NCBI RefSeq assembly: GCF_006345805.1
Contig: NC_043023.1
Span: forward strand, 18,042,001 to 18,106,000
DNA from: Octopus sinensis
Lineage: Eukaryota
Length of the DNA stretch: 64,000 bases
Direction: 5' to 3'
The translations under genes and the position numbers were made by a program. This document shows positions 1 through 40,657 of this stretch, piece after piece. Each line of letters starts with the position of its first letter. Position 1 is the first letter of the stretch. Below the pieces are notes generated by a model that saw only the letters and a list, made by a program, of their open reading frames with translations, had not been told where the DNA came from and made no database searches.

Positions 1-18
1 ACAGATATATATATATAT

Positions 19-133
19 ACCGGAGTAAACACATAAATGTGAAACAAGGTGGGAAAAAGAGTACTCAACGAGTACTCGAACGTGAAACTCCGAGTAAGAG
101 GTTTTGTTGAATTTCTGCTGCTTATAAATAAAG
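19..133 (+). repeat. Penelope-type terminal repeat fragment (3' half of a hammerhead-like motif)
   Basis: cgtGAAActccgagTAagaggttttgttgaatttctgctgcttataaataaag matches the reverse complement of 62146-62195. Confidence 0.55.
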
Positions 134-289
134 TATATATATATATATATTCAATTTTCAACTCAAAGAGGCGAGTCTGGTCCTATCCTCGGGTCAAGGC
201 ATAGAACGCATCCCCCAATATCAGCTGCGGGGCCCTACCGCATATGCTCTTTTAACCCCGTCGCATCATGCTGGTTCCAAACCTCTTTG

Positions 290-2320
290 AGCAACAACAA
301 ACTCACTCATCCGCCTGCAAACAATCTCAAAGCTATCCTATCATTTACAAACTTTCTTGTCTCTCTCACTCCATCATTGTTAACTACCAAATGCTTTCCT
401 TACCCCATCCATCCAACCATTCACCCATCCATCCACCCACACAAACCGAGGTCTGCCTCTGATTCTGCTCCTTACCAATTCTGCTTTCATCACCCACCTT
501 GCCATCCGCTCCTTATCCATCCTCTCCATATTGCCAAACCAACTCAGCATTCATCTATCCATGTTGTATGTTATCTATGGTAGATCTTCTCTCATTCATC
601 CTCGCCTTCGCAGCCCGTCCTTCCTCATTCAGTCCATCTCCGTCACACCAACCATAGCCCTCAAACATTTCATCTCAAACACATCAGGTCGCCTCCTTTC
701 CGCCACTCTTAGCCTCCACGTCTCTGCACCATATAATATTATCGGCACCATCTCACCCTCATAACACCTGTTTTCGCTTTTATCTCTCAACATACCTTTA
801 CCAATTCCAAGTATCTTACTGTCATATCTCACTCTATATCCCACTTCATCAACCAAACCCGCATCCGTCGTCACATGTGATCCCAGATACTTAAAAAACA
901 CTCATATCCTCTAACACCTCACCATTTATACTCACATCCATTCCATCTCACGAACATCTCATCACCTTACTCTTAGCTTCAGTTTCTTCCTCTCACATAC
1001 TCCTTTAAACTCCCAGTTGCTCTTCCGAATCCGCCGCCAGTGCTGTATCAATAGCAAATAACAACAGACTTACATGCCGTTTCTCTCCATCTTCCCCCGC
1101 CATTTTGGGCCCCCTACCAAATGTACTAACATTCGCCTCTCTCACCACACCATCAATATGTAGATTAAACTGACATGGAGTCATCACATAACCCTGTCTT
1201 AAGCCTGCCCTCACACAAAACCACTCACTCACTACACCACCCACTCTAACACATGTCATAATTTCTCTATAAAATCTCTGCACAACTCTCAACGATCTGC
1301 CATCTACTCCATACAACCGCAACACCTGTCACATTGCATCCCTATTCACACGGTCACATGCCTTTTCTAGGACCATAAAGGCCCAATACACATCCCTCCC
1401 TTTTGCCAAAAACTTCTCACTCATCTGCATTACAACGAAAATTTGATTTGCACACCCCCTTCCACTCCTGAAACCGCACTGCTCCTCGCCTAATACGTTC
1501 TTTGTCTGGTTTCTTATCCTTTCAATTTGTATTCTCTCATACAGTTTACCAGCCACACAATAGACTTTTACCCTTGAAATTTCACATTTATGCCATTTCC
1601 TCTTGTACAGTGGCACTATACAAGCACTGAACTAGTCCAGCCATATAACAAACATTCATAAGCCTCAGTAACCATTAAATCACTGTCACTCCTCTTTTCG
1701 TTAAGGATTGCACTGTACAACCATCTATACCTGGCGCCTTCCGCTTAGCGATCTTCCTCAAGGATTCTGTCACCTCCTCCCTTCGAATTAAATTGTAGTT
1801 TCATTTTCCAACAACAGGCATTCTTCTCTCTCCTCCTACAGCCACTATACTTGCCACCCTATCATCCTCCAGATTTAACAACTCACTAAAATACTCTGTC
1901 CATCTCCTTTGTACATCCGGATTTCTTTTCAACAAATTCCCTTTTACATCCTTCACACATTCTTCCCTTTCTCCAACCACCTTTCTTACTCTCTCTACTT
2001 CTTTCCAAAACATCTTTTTATTTCTTACACAACTTTTTATCATGAACCTCTCATTTGCTTCCCATTTCGCCATCTCATCACCCTCTTGACTCTACTCTTG
2101 ACTTCTCTGTAGCGATGCTAAGCTTCTCCTTCCCTTTTCTGCAACCACTCTTCAAAGGCCCATTTCTTACCTTCCACCGCGTCCCTTACCTGCTCATTCC
2201 ACTACTCACTACATTTCCTCACACCCATTCCAACCACTCGTGTACCACATACCTTAGAGACACATCTCATTACTGCCTGTCTAAAGGCCACCTATTCCTC
2301 CTCCTCTACATCTCCTGCGA
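290..2320 (-). mobile_element. RTE-clade LINE, 5'-truncated and degenerate
   Basis: Fragmented RT: EEQCGFRSGRGC, WAFMVLEKACDRV, AGLRQGYVMTPCQFN, LLFAIDTAL, FKYLGS, ILYGAETW; several frameshifts. Confidence 0.9.
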
Positions 2321-3024
2321 CTCGAAGTGGACCGGTGGAACGTAGCCGCCGTATTCCCAGCGGGTCGTAAGAAGCCACTAAAAGGGGCGGGAGCGAGGAA
2401 ACTGGGAATCCACTCCTACAAATCTTTACTCCCTAGAAAGACTAGATGTCGAATATATGTATTTAGTTACGGTATATTCCTTTAAAAACGTGGTAGAGTA
2501 CAGCATAAAACTCTTCCATCTTCAGAATTACCTTGTGTTATCCGGTAAAAGTATCATACGTACTTCCTGGTTTATATTTGGACATTCATCGTGGGTGACT
2601 ACAAAAATGAAGAATTTGAAGCCACAAGGAGGAGTAATCGCTACAACGTTTCCACGCAATGGAGTCCTCCAAGAATAGAGATGCTTCATTATGCAACTGT
2701 TTCTTTGCACAATGAGATCTAGTTGTGTTTCCTCAGGTGACATGTAAGTGTTGTCACTGTTGGTTTAAAATTAACGGCTTCAAGGTGATCTCCCCTGTCT
2801 GTCGTGGTTTGAATTTACTAGTAGTTGATTTTCTCATGGCATTTGCTTTCCTGGACTGTTTTGAATTGTAGTAAGATTTGAATGAACTTGGCATATCATT
2901 TGGGTACATCGCTGATTAGTTTCATACGCGTTTATCCAGTATGTGCATGCATTTTCCAGTATATAAAACACGGCAATGAATTCTGTAATAAATATTTCAT
3001 ATACATGTTTTATTTGTTTTCCAG

Positions 3025-30731
<27,707 letters not shown>

Positions 30732-31693
30732 ATAGAAACGTTAAAACAAACGCCTGTGAATTGACAGAAAAGACATTGATGAGAATAATAACGAGGATAA
30801 TCCACAAAATATATCACTTATTTCGGATTATATGAATTAAAACATGATGGTTATATAAAGATTTGCAAATTGACATTCCCCTTAACCATCAAATCATGAA
30901 TGGATCAACTGAAAGAAATGACAAAATTATATAAAGTAGAAAAACCTAGCGGAAATCCCGCAGGTTTTGCTACTGAGCATAATTACATATAAACAACATA
31001 TTAAATTCATACTGTTCCTTCCAAAAATATAATACTTTTTAACATAAGAGGTCCAGTAATTAAAAAGGGATCAATATATATTTTCTTTCATTAATAACTA
31101 TTGTTTAAATTAAAACACACATAGGCACACCATTAATGAAAACTATTTATTCAGACTTTACCGGGTTAAAATATCATTTATTTTACTTCCTATCACTTAC
31201 TACCGTATCTACGTTACCTTATTGCATTTGTGAGTAAAATTACATTTCCTGGGGCTAAATATTTAAATAAAGATAATACTGTTTATTTAATATAAACAGA
31301 AAACATTATTGTCAGTAAAATGTTTCTCCTTTCAAATGAAGTTTCTGGAGTATGACACCAAACGTAAGAAAGGAACGTATAATTATATAAAGATATAGAT
31401 TTGATAAACAACGCGATCACCATTATGATGGGACTCATACAGCAACATCAGAAAAGAATATATATAGATACATGAATAAATGTGTATAACATTCAGGATA
31501 CATATATTTGTATAATCTATGATGGTGTGAGGAAACATTTTCTTTTATAGTTTGTGTCTATATGCATTTCTAGTATAATAAATATAATGTTATCACTGAT
31601 ACATGAAAATACATTTCTCATCTATTCATACAATGACAAACATATTAATATCGTATTTTCTTCGCTCAGGAAATATCTTAGATGGAATGTATA

Positions 31694-33017
31694 TCTTACT
31701 ATATTTGGCCTTATATCCGTCCGTCTGTCCGTGACCTTTTCACGGCCAAACGACTGATTAAACTTGCACGAAGCTTAACAGTCTTACTAAGGACGTCTCG
31801 AGAATGGTTTATATCATGTTTATAATGTTTTATTGGAAACACTAGCTACACTGCTTCGATTCGGAAGAAAAAAAAACGGAAGCCATTTCCGTATACATAA
31901 ATAAAAATACATAAATGAAAATAAATTATACGAAAATCGGCCAGAGTAGCTAAACAGAAACAAAAACCTAAATAGCATTTATAAATGTTCCAACAGTACT
32001 TTCAGATGTTCTTTCATTATTATCTCACAACGGTTCTGGGTGTGGATGGTGTGAGCGACACACAAATTGTATGAGCGGCACACAGAGACACATAGACAAA
32101 GAGAGAAAGGCAGAGGCAGAGGAAAACACAAACACACAGAAACAGAGAGAAAGACACACTATGCGTGTGTGGGTGTGGGTGCGTGCGTTTTTTTTAACCC
32201 CGTCAACACACTTCCTCTACAGCGATTTCAGTTTGGTACAGCACCCAGGACAAAAACTAAATAAATAAAAACAATAATGTTAATGAAATACATGATTAAC
32301 AACTTCCCAGAAGAAAGTCGACACTATTTAAGTTCGGATATTATAGTTGATGGAAATTAGCACCAGTATCTACAGGATTTCCTTAACAACTTGAATCCAT
32401 CGGGACTACCTAAGCATAGGATCTCACTGTAAAGTACTGTCCTATAATGCTGCTACGACATTTTGACCCTGCCAATGGAAATTGCAACGGAACAAGATAC
32501 ACCCTCACGCAACTCAATTCTCAGGTCATCGAGGCAGTGAAAGCGATTGGCCCTTACGGTGGTAAGCACCTGTTCACACGTCGTATACCACTGGTACCCT
32601 CCGACAACCAGTTTCCCTTCCAATTAAGATACAGGCAGTTTCCCATAAAACTAGCCTTCTCTTTCACAAATATCAAGTCTCAGGGCCAGACTTTAGATTA
32701 TGTTGGTGTGTTTCTGCCCAGTCCGATGTTTACACACGGCCAGTTGTACGTCTCTATGAGCAGAGCAGTGGACTCAGCTAATTTGACAATTAGTGTTGAT
32801 GGAACACAAAATATCTGTTACAAAGAAGTTTTGTAAGCGTAATAATATCATGAATATGTACTATATAAACTCAACATGAGTATAATCGAAACCAACCGCC
32901 ATTTATATTTTGTTACATTTCCCATGCCCTATTTCAGTATAAATACATTTATACTGAAAGTTGTTATTATTTTCCATCCTGCTTTCATCTCCAATCGTAG
33001 ATGGGTAGGTTTGCTAG
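31694..33017 (+). mobile_element. Internally deleted Helitron with both termini
   Basis: 5' A|TCttactatat; PIF1-type helicase C-terminus at 32290-32836 (NGTR, RQFPIKLAFS, KSQGQTL, FTHGQLYVSMSR); 3' imperfect hairpin ccaatc-gta-gatggg, 8 nt, then CTAG|T. Confidence 0.85.
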
Positions 33018-33109
33018 TGAATATTATGAAAGAACATTCCACAATGTTACCAATGTAAATATTGATGTGGTTATATAAAATAAAGTGTACAGCGGTTGTT
33101 ATAACATAC

Positions 33110-33762
33110 AGTTATATCTTCCTTCTTGTGTGGACACCTTTATTCTTATATAAGATATTTCTTTTATCAAATGGTTTTTGACATTGATACAATAGCTCAC
33201 CTGCATAATTAGATACACCGATAGTTAATCGTCTTTTCAATGATATTACATGACATCAATAACACACCTCTTCTTCTGCAGGAATATGTTTGTGTTTAGT
33301 TAAGGAACCATTCAGAGGGAATGATTTACCGCAGACATAATACGGATAGGCTTTTGTCCTCCTGCATGAATGCTCTCGCGAATAGTTAAATTAGTGATTT
33401 GCTAGAATGAATTACCACAAATGTCAAAGTGATATGGCATCTTCCCTTTAAGAGTGCACGTGTGTTTACTTGGGCCAGAGCTTCTAGAGAACAATTTGCC
33501 AGAGATATCACAGTGATATGATTTCGCTATCCGTAAACACACCAACATCTATTGGGAAGTGATGGTGGAGGGACAAACATAGAGACACTCATGCGTTTAT
33601 ATATATATATATATAATATATATATATATTTATTCATTTTTATTTATATATATATATATGTATATATGTATATATATATATATATATTTATTCATTTTTA
33701 TTTATATACACACACACACATATATATATATATTTCTATATTTTTATTTATATATATATGTA

Positions 33763-33805
<43 letters not shown>

Positions 33806-33848
33806 CTATATTTTTATTTATATATATGTATAAATGTATATATATATA

Positions 33849-33915
<67 letters not shown>

Positions 33916-34281
33916 CAAATCCACTCACAAGGCTTTGGTCGGCCAGAGGGTATAGTAGAAGACACTTGTCCGGGGTGGCATGCATGGTTCTGTACCCGGA
34001 ACCATGTGGTTGAGAAAGAAGCTTTATTTCACACAGCTACTCCTGCGCCTATAAAACATAAATACATTTCTAAGTAAAGTGGATACCTTTTTGAACGAAT
34101 CCTGTTTAATAGATATCACAGTGGAAAGATTCTTTTACTTTATTCCTTGGCATTTCATCATTGAAATCAATTCTTCTGCGGAGCTGCATACAGGCTTCTT
34201 TCCACACAATCCATTTCCCATAATCTTTCACTTTTCGCTACTACATATAGATATTCTTTAACTCCTGTGTCATCTACTATT
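33110..34281 (-). pseudogene. C2H2 zinc-finger pseudogene (YHCDICGKSF type)
   Basis: Acceptor tttctctgatatttcag at 34282; MGNGLCGKKPVCSSAEELI/FNDEMPRNKVKESFHCDI; after a SINE: YHCDISGKLFS...KH, PYHFDICGNSF*...IHAG, YYVCGKSF...LTKHKHI. Stops, frameshifts and lost Cys/His. Confidence 0.85.
33530..34050 (-). mobile_element. tRNA-derived SINE with internal (TA)n, inserted in the ZNF pseudogene
   Basis: Head ggcgcaggagtagctgtgtg...accacatggttccgggt at 34050; tail tttgtccctccaccatcac...gttggtgtgtttacg at ~33530-33590. Confidence 0.75.
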
Positions 34282-35479
34282 CTGAAATATCAGAGAAACA
34301 TTACAAACTATAGAGGATATATAAAATCTTAAGACTTAGCAGTGGAAATTTGTCAACGTTTCCATAATGATAAACAATAGATTTGATCCTTTAGCAGAAC
34401 AATTGCAGTTTAATCTTGGATGTTTTCAAATTAAATCACATCACACAACAATCAAATCGATACATTTAGACCTTCGTGCTGTGTAACATTATATATGTCA
34501 AACACCCAGCACAATGGACAATTACATTCTTCATAATTACCTCATTGTTGTATCGCCGCGAGTCAGCTCTGACTGACCAGACTTATCCTGAAAGACATTC
34601 CAGCTGTGACTATTGTGCCATGGCTGGAATCACTTTGATGACTATTCCATAACTTTGCATTCGAATAACATTTTCAAGAATATAAATATTTTAAAATAAA
34701 ATTTCGCGTGTGTCCGTTTTTTAAAATGTTCTTTATGTCGAAAGAATTGAATAAGATAACATTTTTGCAGAGATCCGGATCAGACACAGAAATTTGAGCT
34801 GCAAAGCTTTCATTGGAAAATATGCACCGTTGAGAGAGTTGTGAGGAAGTCATAGTAGGTTAGGGGTTGGTAAGAATAGATCCCAAACTCCACCAAACAT
34901 TATTTTTTTTAAAAAGTTTTATCAACATAATCTTAACCTTCACCCTCAAAGCCTTATCTCTGCAAAATTTCAAATCGCATTTTAAATAAACTTAACATTA
35001 AAGAAACTCTATCGCAGAGCTCGGTGTTTAAGTACAGATTCAACAAATGAGCCTAGAATGTAATAATGTATAACAAGAGAGAAATTCCAGAAGATGATTT
35101 TTACCTGTTTTGAAGCATTTACACTTTGGATACGGTAATTCAGAGGAGCGAAGTCCACGTGTAGTCCTAATAAATCAAGATTATTCACCACGGGTTGTAG
35201 GAAAGTGAGCAATGCGTCCTGTTGTGGTAATCCAAATGAGAATTATTATTTTCTATTTGAAAGCCAACTGAAAATTGAAGGAAAACCAGGAAAGCTATTC
35301 TTTTATATGTGGTTAATTAAAACCACCCCATTTCTCTGGCCTTTAAAATAAGGAACAGCCAATTAACAATGTTATTTGTGCATTAAATAAAATACGATTA
35401 ATCTGGCACTGGTTGGTGACCAGAGCTGAGAGCAGTAGTCAAGGTGGCTTAGGACAAGTGTCCTCCAGAGGACCATCAT

Positions 35480-36060
35480 GGTTTCCTGCTCTCTTGGTCT
35501 AAAAGTTCTAAGAATTCATCCAGTCAGCCGCCTACATTTCATGGCCAATTTATCAACATGGACATGAAAGGTTGCATTATCACTCATGTAAATGCCCAGG
35601 TCTCGCACTGATTGTGCCTCTGGGATTGCAATCCCTCCAGGTCCAGTGTATTTACTGGGTATTGCATTCAGTTTTGTATGCTGATAGCACAAACCTCGAA
35701 AATTTTCAGCATTAGACACTATGCTATTCTTTTTGGTATATTTCATTTAGCTCATATTGTAGGTGCATAGCGTCTTTAGGGTTCTGTATTACTTGTGAAA
35801 CTTTGTATCATCTGTATAACTTGTGATCGTGGCTCTCTGTGTGGCTGAGGGCATGTCTGAGAGGGCAATTACGAACAGTAGTTGTCCGAAAATAGTGATT
35901 TGCGAAATAGTGCTCACTATTTGCGAGTCATTTGAGGTGGCCCCATTGGTTACTGCTACCTGATTTCTATCCTTCAGAAATTCATGAAGCCATTCTCCCA
36001 ATTTTCCAAACATGCCAAGATGACGCACATTGTGACATATCATTCCATGATAAAATATTA
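35480..36060 (-). mobile_element. CR1-like LINE RT fragment
   Basis: LGEWLHEFLKDRNQ.V; QITIFGQLLFVIALSD...SYTDDTK (decayed PQG/FADD); VRDLGIYMSDN. Confidence 0.8.
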
Positions 36061-36064
36061 TCAA

Positions 36065-37200
36065 CGGCCATTTCAACGTCGTTGTAACTGGGCTTCATGT
36101 ACCTTTGCATGTCGTTTAAGTCCTCCTGCCGAATTACACTCTCTTCCACATGCCCGACAGATATGATTAGTATGGTGTGTTACACCATCACAAGTGGCCA
36201 GGTTGTCACTCATCTGTCTCGTTTTATGACTACGAAGATGACTCATGAGTCCAGCTTTACTTAGGCAGGGTCTTGCACATACATCGCATGTCAGAATCAA
36301 AAGAACACCCTTCCCTTCTGGAAGTGTACCAGCGATGCCCTTCCTTACTTTCCCATGTGCAACTCGAGATTTCTCAAATGTGGCTGTCCCCTCATGCACA
36401 ATCCTTCTCCATCTGCTACGATCAATAGCTATGCCTTCCTATGTGTCAGGAGAGATGCAAGCATCTCTTAAGGAAGCCTTCAGCAAGTCCTTATACCTCT
36501 TTTTTGGTTTATGTGGAGGTCGTTCTCCTTTAGCTAACTCTCCATTCTGACCAGATGACCACTCCATCTGAGCCTTTGCTTTAACACAAGAGCTTCTATA
36601 CTTTCACACCGAGAGCCTTCGAGTATTTCAAGATCACCGATGCGGTCCTTCCACTTAATGCCATAGATCCGTCTGAGGCACATCTGATGGAAACGTTCCA
36701 GTTGTTTAAGGTGGTATCCATATATGACCCACGTCTCGCAGGCATAGAGAAAAGGGAGCACACATGCCTTGTACATCTTTATCTTTGTCTTTCTGCATAT
36801 GTCTCGCCGACTCCAGATGCACTTTTCTAGCCTTTCTTGCTTTCCTAATTCTATATGGAATTTCATCATCCGCATTGCCATATCTATTAATAGTACTTCC
36901 CAGGTAGTCAAACTGATCGACTACATCAAGTCGTTTACCATTCACATAGATATTTGGTACACTATACTGCTTACCAGGGGCAGGTTAATACATTACAACA
37001 GTTTGCTTGAGATTGTCTGTCAATCCTAAGGCAGTGCAAGCATCAGAGAATGCATTCAAAATGTGTTGCATATCAATCCCTGTGTGTGCTACCAGATCAC
37101 AATCATCAGCATACAAAATGCCCCTCCACGTGCTTATGGTAACAATTGTGAAATAGTTCAATGAAGCGGAAAGGATTGAAAAGATTAGCCTAACAGACCT
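36065..37200 (-). mobile_element. RTE (BovB-like) LINE 3' part with two C2H2 fingers
   Basis: YADDCDL; VVDQFDYLGS; LYACETW; QRLRWSGHLVRM; CDVCARPCLSKAGLMSHLRSH; CRACGRECNSAGGLKRHAKVH. Confidence 0.9.
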
Positions 37201-37449
37201 TCCTAGGAGGAGAGGGCCGAGTTTATCAAATTATTTACAGTCATCTTCTTGCTCTGTGTGAAGAGCAAGATTCACTTTGTCATTGTGTTTGAGTCGACCA
37301 TCCTACATTCTGCTGAATAAGAATTATTTAGACAGATATTCACAGAAGGGAGTCATACCTAGCTGGGGGTCACTAGTTTCCCTGTATATTTCGTTTACCA
37401 GGGAATCCAGAAAAGTCAGACGGGACCTGGCTGTATTGCGGCGAGATTT

Positions 37450-38700
37450 ACCAAACCCTCGTGGAAGGTTTATGTATATCAGCATTTTCAGTAATCATGC
37501 CAAGCCAATTACCGATAATTTTGTTAAAATCATATCTCTGAGACAGTCCAAATTATTTGCTAATGTCGACATCTTTAACCAAAAGGCAGACTTCTATAAC
37601 GCCGCCTTGTCAAGAGCCGGTTATAAGGAGAAAGTGTCATACATCGACCCAGCTCATTCTAAACCAATATCTGCTTCTCCAGATAGTAAAGTTACTCGTA
37701 ATAGGAATAATGATTTCAATTCTAATAGTGCCAGCAACCCTGTACATAAAATAAATTCTTTACGGACTAGGGGAGGTAAGCGCCATGCAACCCCAAATTT
37801 CCAACCCAGAAATTCTCCTCTTACTATCACAAATAACACAAAGAACAATTCAAAGGCCACAAAAACTGTATCGAACCTTCCCTTACAGTTCCGTGAAGCC
37901 GTTGCTAGGAACTTTCCCAGAAATTCTAGATATCATTCTATTATCAATTCCCACACGGTCAGAATAGCTATCTCTAACACTAGGAATCTTTCACAAATTA
38001 TATCTTCCCACAATACCAAGCTGCTAAACAAAGATTCTTCACCGGGAGTTCCAACACTAATCTTGCTAATTCCAACCCATCATACAATCGTAATAATAGG
38101 AATAGTATTAATAGTAGCAGCATTAGTAGCAGCGAAAGTGTTAACAATGATAATATTAATAATAGTATTAGTCGTGTTAATAACAATGGTAGTGTTGATG
38201 ATAACAACAATAACGGTATTATTGTCGGTGGTATTGCTGGTTGTAATACCATTAATAATACTTATAATAATAGAAATAGTGTAGTTGTTAGCGCTAATAA
38301 TAATAGTAACAACAATCATAACAATAAAAACTTCGTCTCGATCTCGGAGGACAACACCAACAGAATTAAATCTTTGTCTAGTAATTCTAAGATTAAGAAT
38401 TCTATTTACCAGTGTAGAATTTCTTCCGGTACCGATGTCTTCTTCTATATAGGAGCGTCCACTTCCCAGTTATCCAAGAGAATTTCAAACCACTACTCAA
38501 CATTCAGAGATAGTAAAAAACAACATAACATAGGGCTAAGTAAATTAGTTTGGCGTCTTAAAGACAACAATATAATTTTCAAGTTAGATTGGTTCATACT
38601 GTCTGTATCCTTTCCTTTTCATAAGGACAGGATATTTTGTAACATTTGTAACTCTGAACTCTTCCATATCATTTTCTCTAAGGTTCCCCTGTAAACACAC
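37450..38700 (+). mobile_element. Penelope-like element (RT C-terminus plus GIY-YIG), 5'-truncated
   Basis: YISIFSNHA...IFN...FYNAALSRAGY; NFPRNSRYHSIIN..TVRIAISNTRNLSQIISSHN; SIYQC...FYIGAST..LSKRISNHYSTF...LSKLVWRLK...CNICNSE. Confidence 0.85.
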
Positions 38701-39189
38701 TCATAGAAAATCGTACAAATGTAAACACTGGCAGAAACACACTTCTCTACTCATATAAATGATAACGATAGTCACTGTGGTTTGAACATTAGCTTTAGGC
38801 GTCCACCCCACTGCTATATAGAGAATTCTTTCTCTAAGCCTTCGAACATTCTTTCAATCAACGTACCCTTCCCTCTCCACTTGTTCCCTACATATTATTC
38901 CTTTATACCTTCCGTTCCTACTATCTATCTTTGACGTCTGTCTCTCTCTCACACACACAATCACACACACAGACAAAAATGCAGTTATACACACACATAC
39001 ACACACACAAACACACGCACTCATTAACACAAGCACACACCCACACATTTCCATGCATACAGCAAACATACTGTTCCCTACCTATTATTACTGGAATGCA
39101 AACGGGGTGTTATTTTATGATCTGCAGAAGGATGAAAGATGAAACAAACTTGAGCAGGTTTAAATTAAAATATTATGTCAACACGGAAA

Positions 39190-39300
39190 AGATGGAATCT
39201 GGAGATGACCTCGGCAGAATTTGAACTCAGAAAGTACAGACGGATTAAATGCTGTTCAGCATTTTGTCCGGCGTGTTAACGACTCTGCCAGTTCACCGCC
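39190..39300 (-). mobile_element. SINE head fragment
   Basis: Reverse complement ggcagagtcgttaacacgccgg...gagttcaaattctgccgagg; same family as 63069. Confidence 0.7.
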
Positions 39301-39379
39301 TTTCTGAGGTAATTAATTTTGTTAAATGTTTTCGCATTATAAAAAAAAAATGTCGTTAGCGAGTTTGGTTGGCGCAAAG

Positions 39380-40624
39380 TGAAAGAAGGAAACCAACACA
39401 GAAGCAAAGAAAGAAAGAAAGAAAGAACGAATGAAAGAAAGAAAGGAAGGAAAAAAGGAAGAAGGAATGAGAGAAAGAAGAAAAAGAAAGACTGAAAGGA
39501 AGAAAAAAGAAAGACAGAAAGAAAGAAAGAAGGAAAGAAAAAAAGAGAAAAATGAAGAAGGAATGAGAGAAGGAAAAAGAAAGAAACAAACAAACAAGAA
39601 GGAAAGAAAGAAAGACAGACAGAAAGAAAGGAAGAAAGACAGAAGGAAAGAAAGATAGGAAGAAAGAAAGTAAGAAAGGAAGAAAGACTGAAAGAAAGGA
39701 AGAAAGAAAGAAAGAAAGAAAGAAAGGAAGGGGGAAAGAAAGAAAGAAACGAAAGAAAGGAAGGAAAGAAGGAAGAAGGAAAGAGAGAAAAGGAGAAAGA
39801 AAGAAAGGTAGAAGGAAGAAGGACAGAAAGAAAGAAAGACAGAAAGAAAGAGAAAAAGGAAGAAAGAAAGAAAGAAAGGAAGGAGGGAAGAAAGAAAGAA
39901 AGAAAGAAGGAAGTACAGAAAGAAAGAGAGAAAAGGAAGAAAGACAGAAAGGAAGAAAGAAAGGAAGAAGGAAAGAAAGAAAGGAAGAAAGAATGAAAGG
40001 AAGAAAGAATGAAAGGAAGAAAGAAAAGAAGGAGGAAAGAAAAGAAGGAAGAAAGAAAGAAGGGAAGAATGAAAGAAAGAAGGGTAGAAAGAAAGAAAGA
40101 ACGAATGAAAGAAAGAAAGAAAGGAAGGAAGAAAGAAAGAAAGAAAGGAAGGAAGGAAGAAGGAAAGATAGAAAAGAAGAAAGAAAGAAAGAAAAAAAGA
40201 AGGAAGAAGGAAAGATAGAAAGAAAGAACGGAAGGAGGAAGAAAGAAAGAAAGAAAGAAAGAACGGAAGAAAGGAAGAAAGAATGACAGAAAGAAACGAA
40301 GAAAGAAAGAAAGAAAGAAAGGAAGGAAGGAAGAAAGACAGAAAGAAACGAAGAAGGAATGAAAGAAGGGAAGGAAGGAAGAAAGACAGAAAGAAAGGAA
40401 GAAAGGAAGAACGAAAGAAAGAGAGATTGAAAGAGAGAAATAAAGAAAGAAAGAAAGAAAGGAAAAAAGGAAGAAGAAAAGAGAGAAAGAAAGAAAGAAA
40501 GAAAGACAGAAAGAGAGAATAAAAGAAAGGAAGAAAGACAGAAAGAAAGAAAACAAGGAAGAAAGAAAGAAAGAAAGGAAGAAAGAAAGAGAGGAAAAAA
40601 GAAAGAAAGGAAGAAAGATAGAGA

Positions 40625-40657
<33 letters not shown>

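Noticed and set aside
2528-2743. Minus-strand 71-aa ORF MSPEETQ...
   Set aside because: No recognisable domain and no supporting acceptor.
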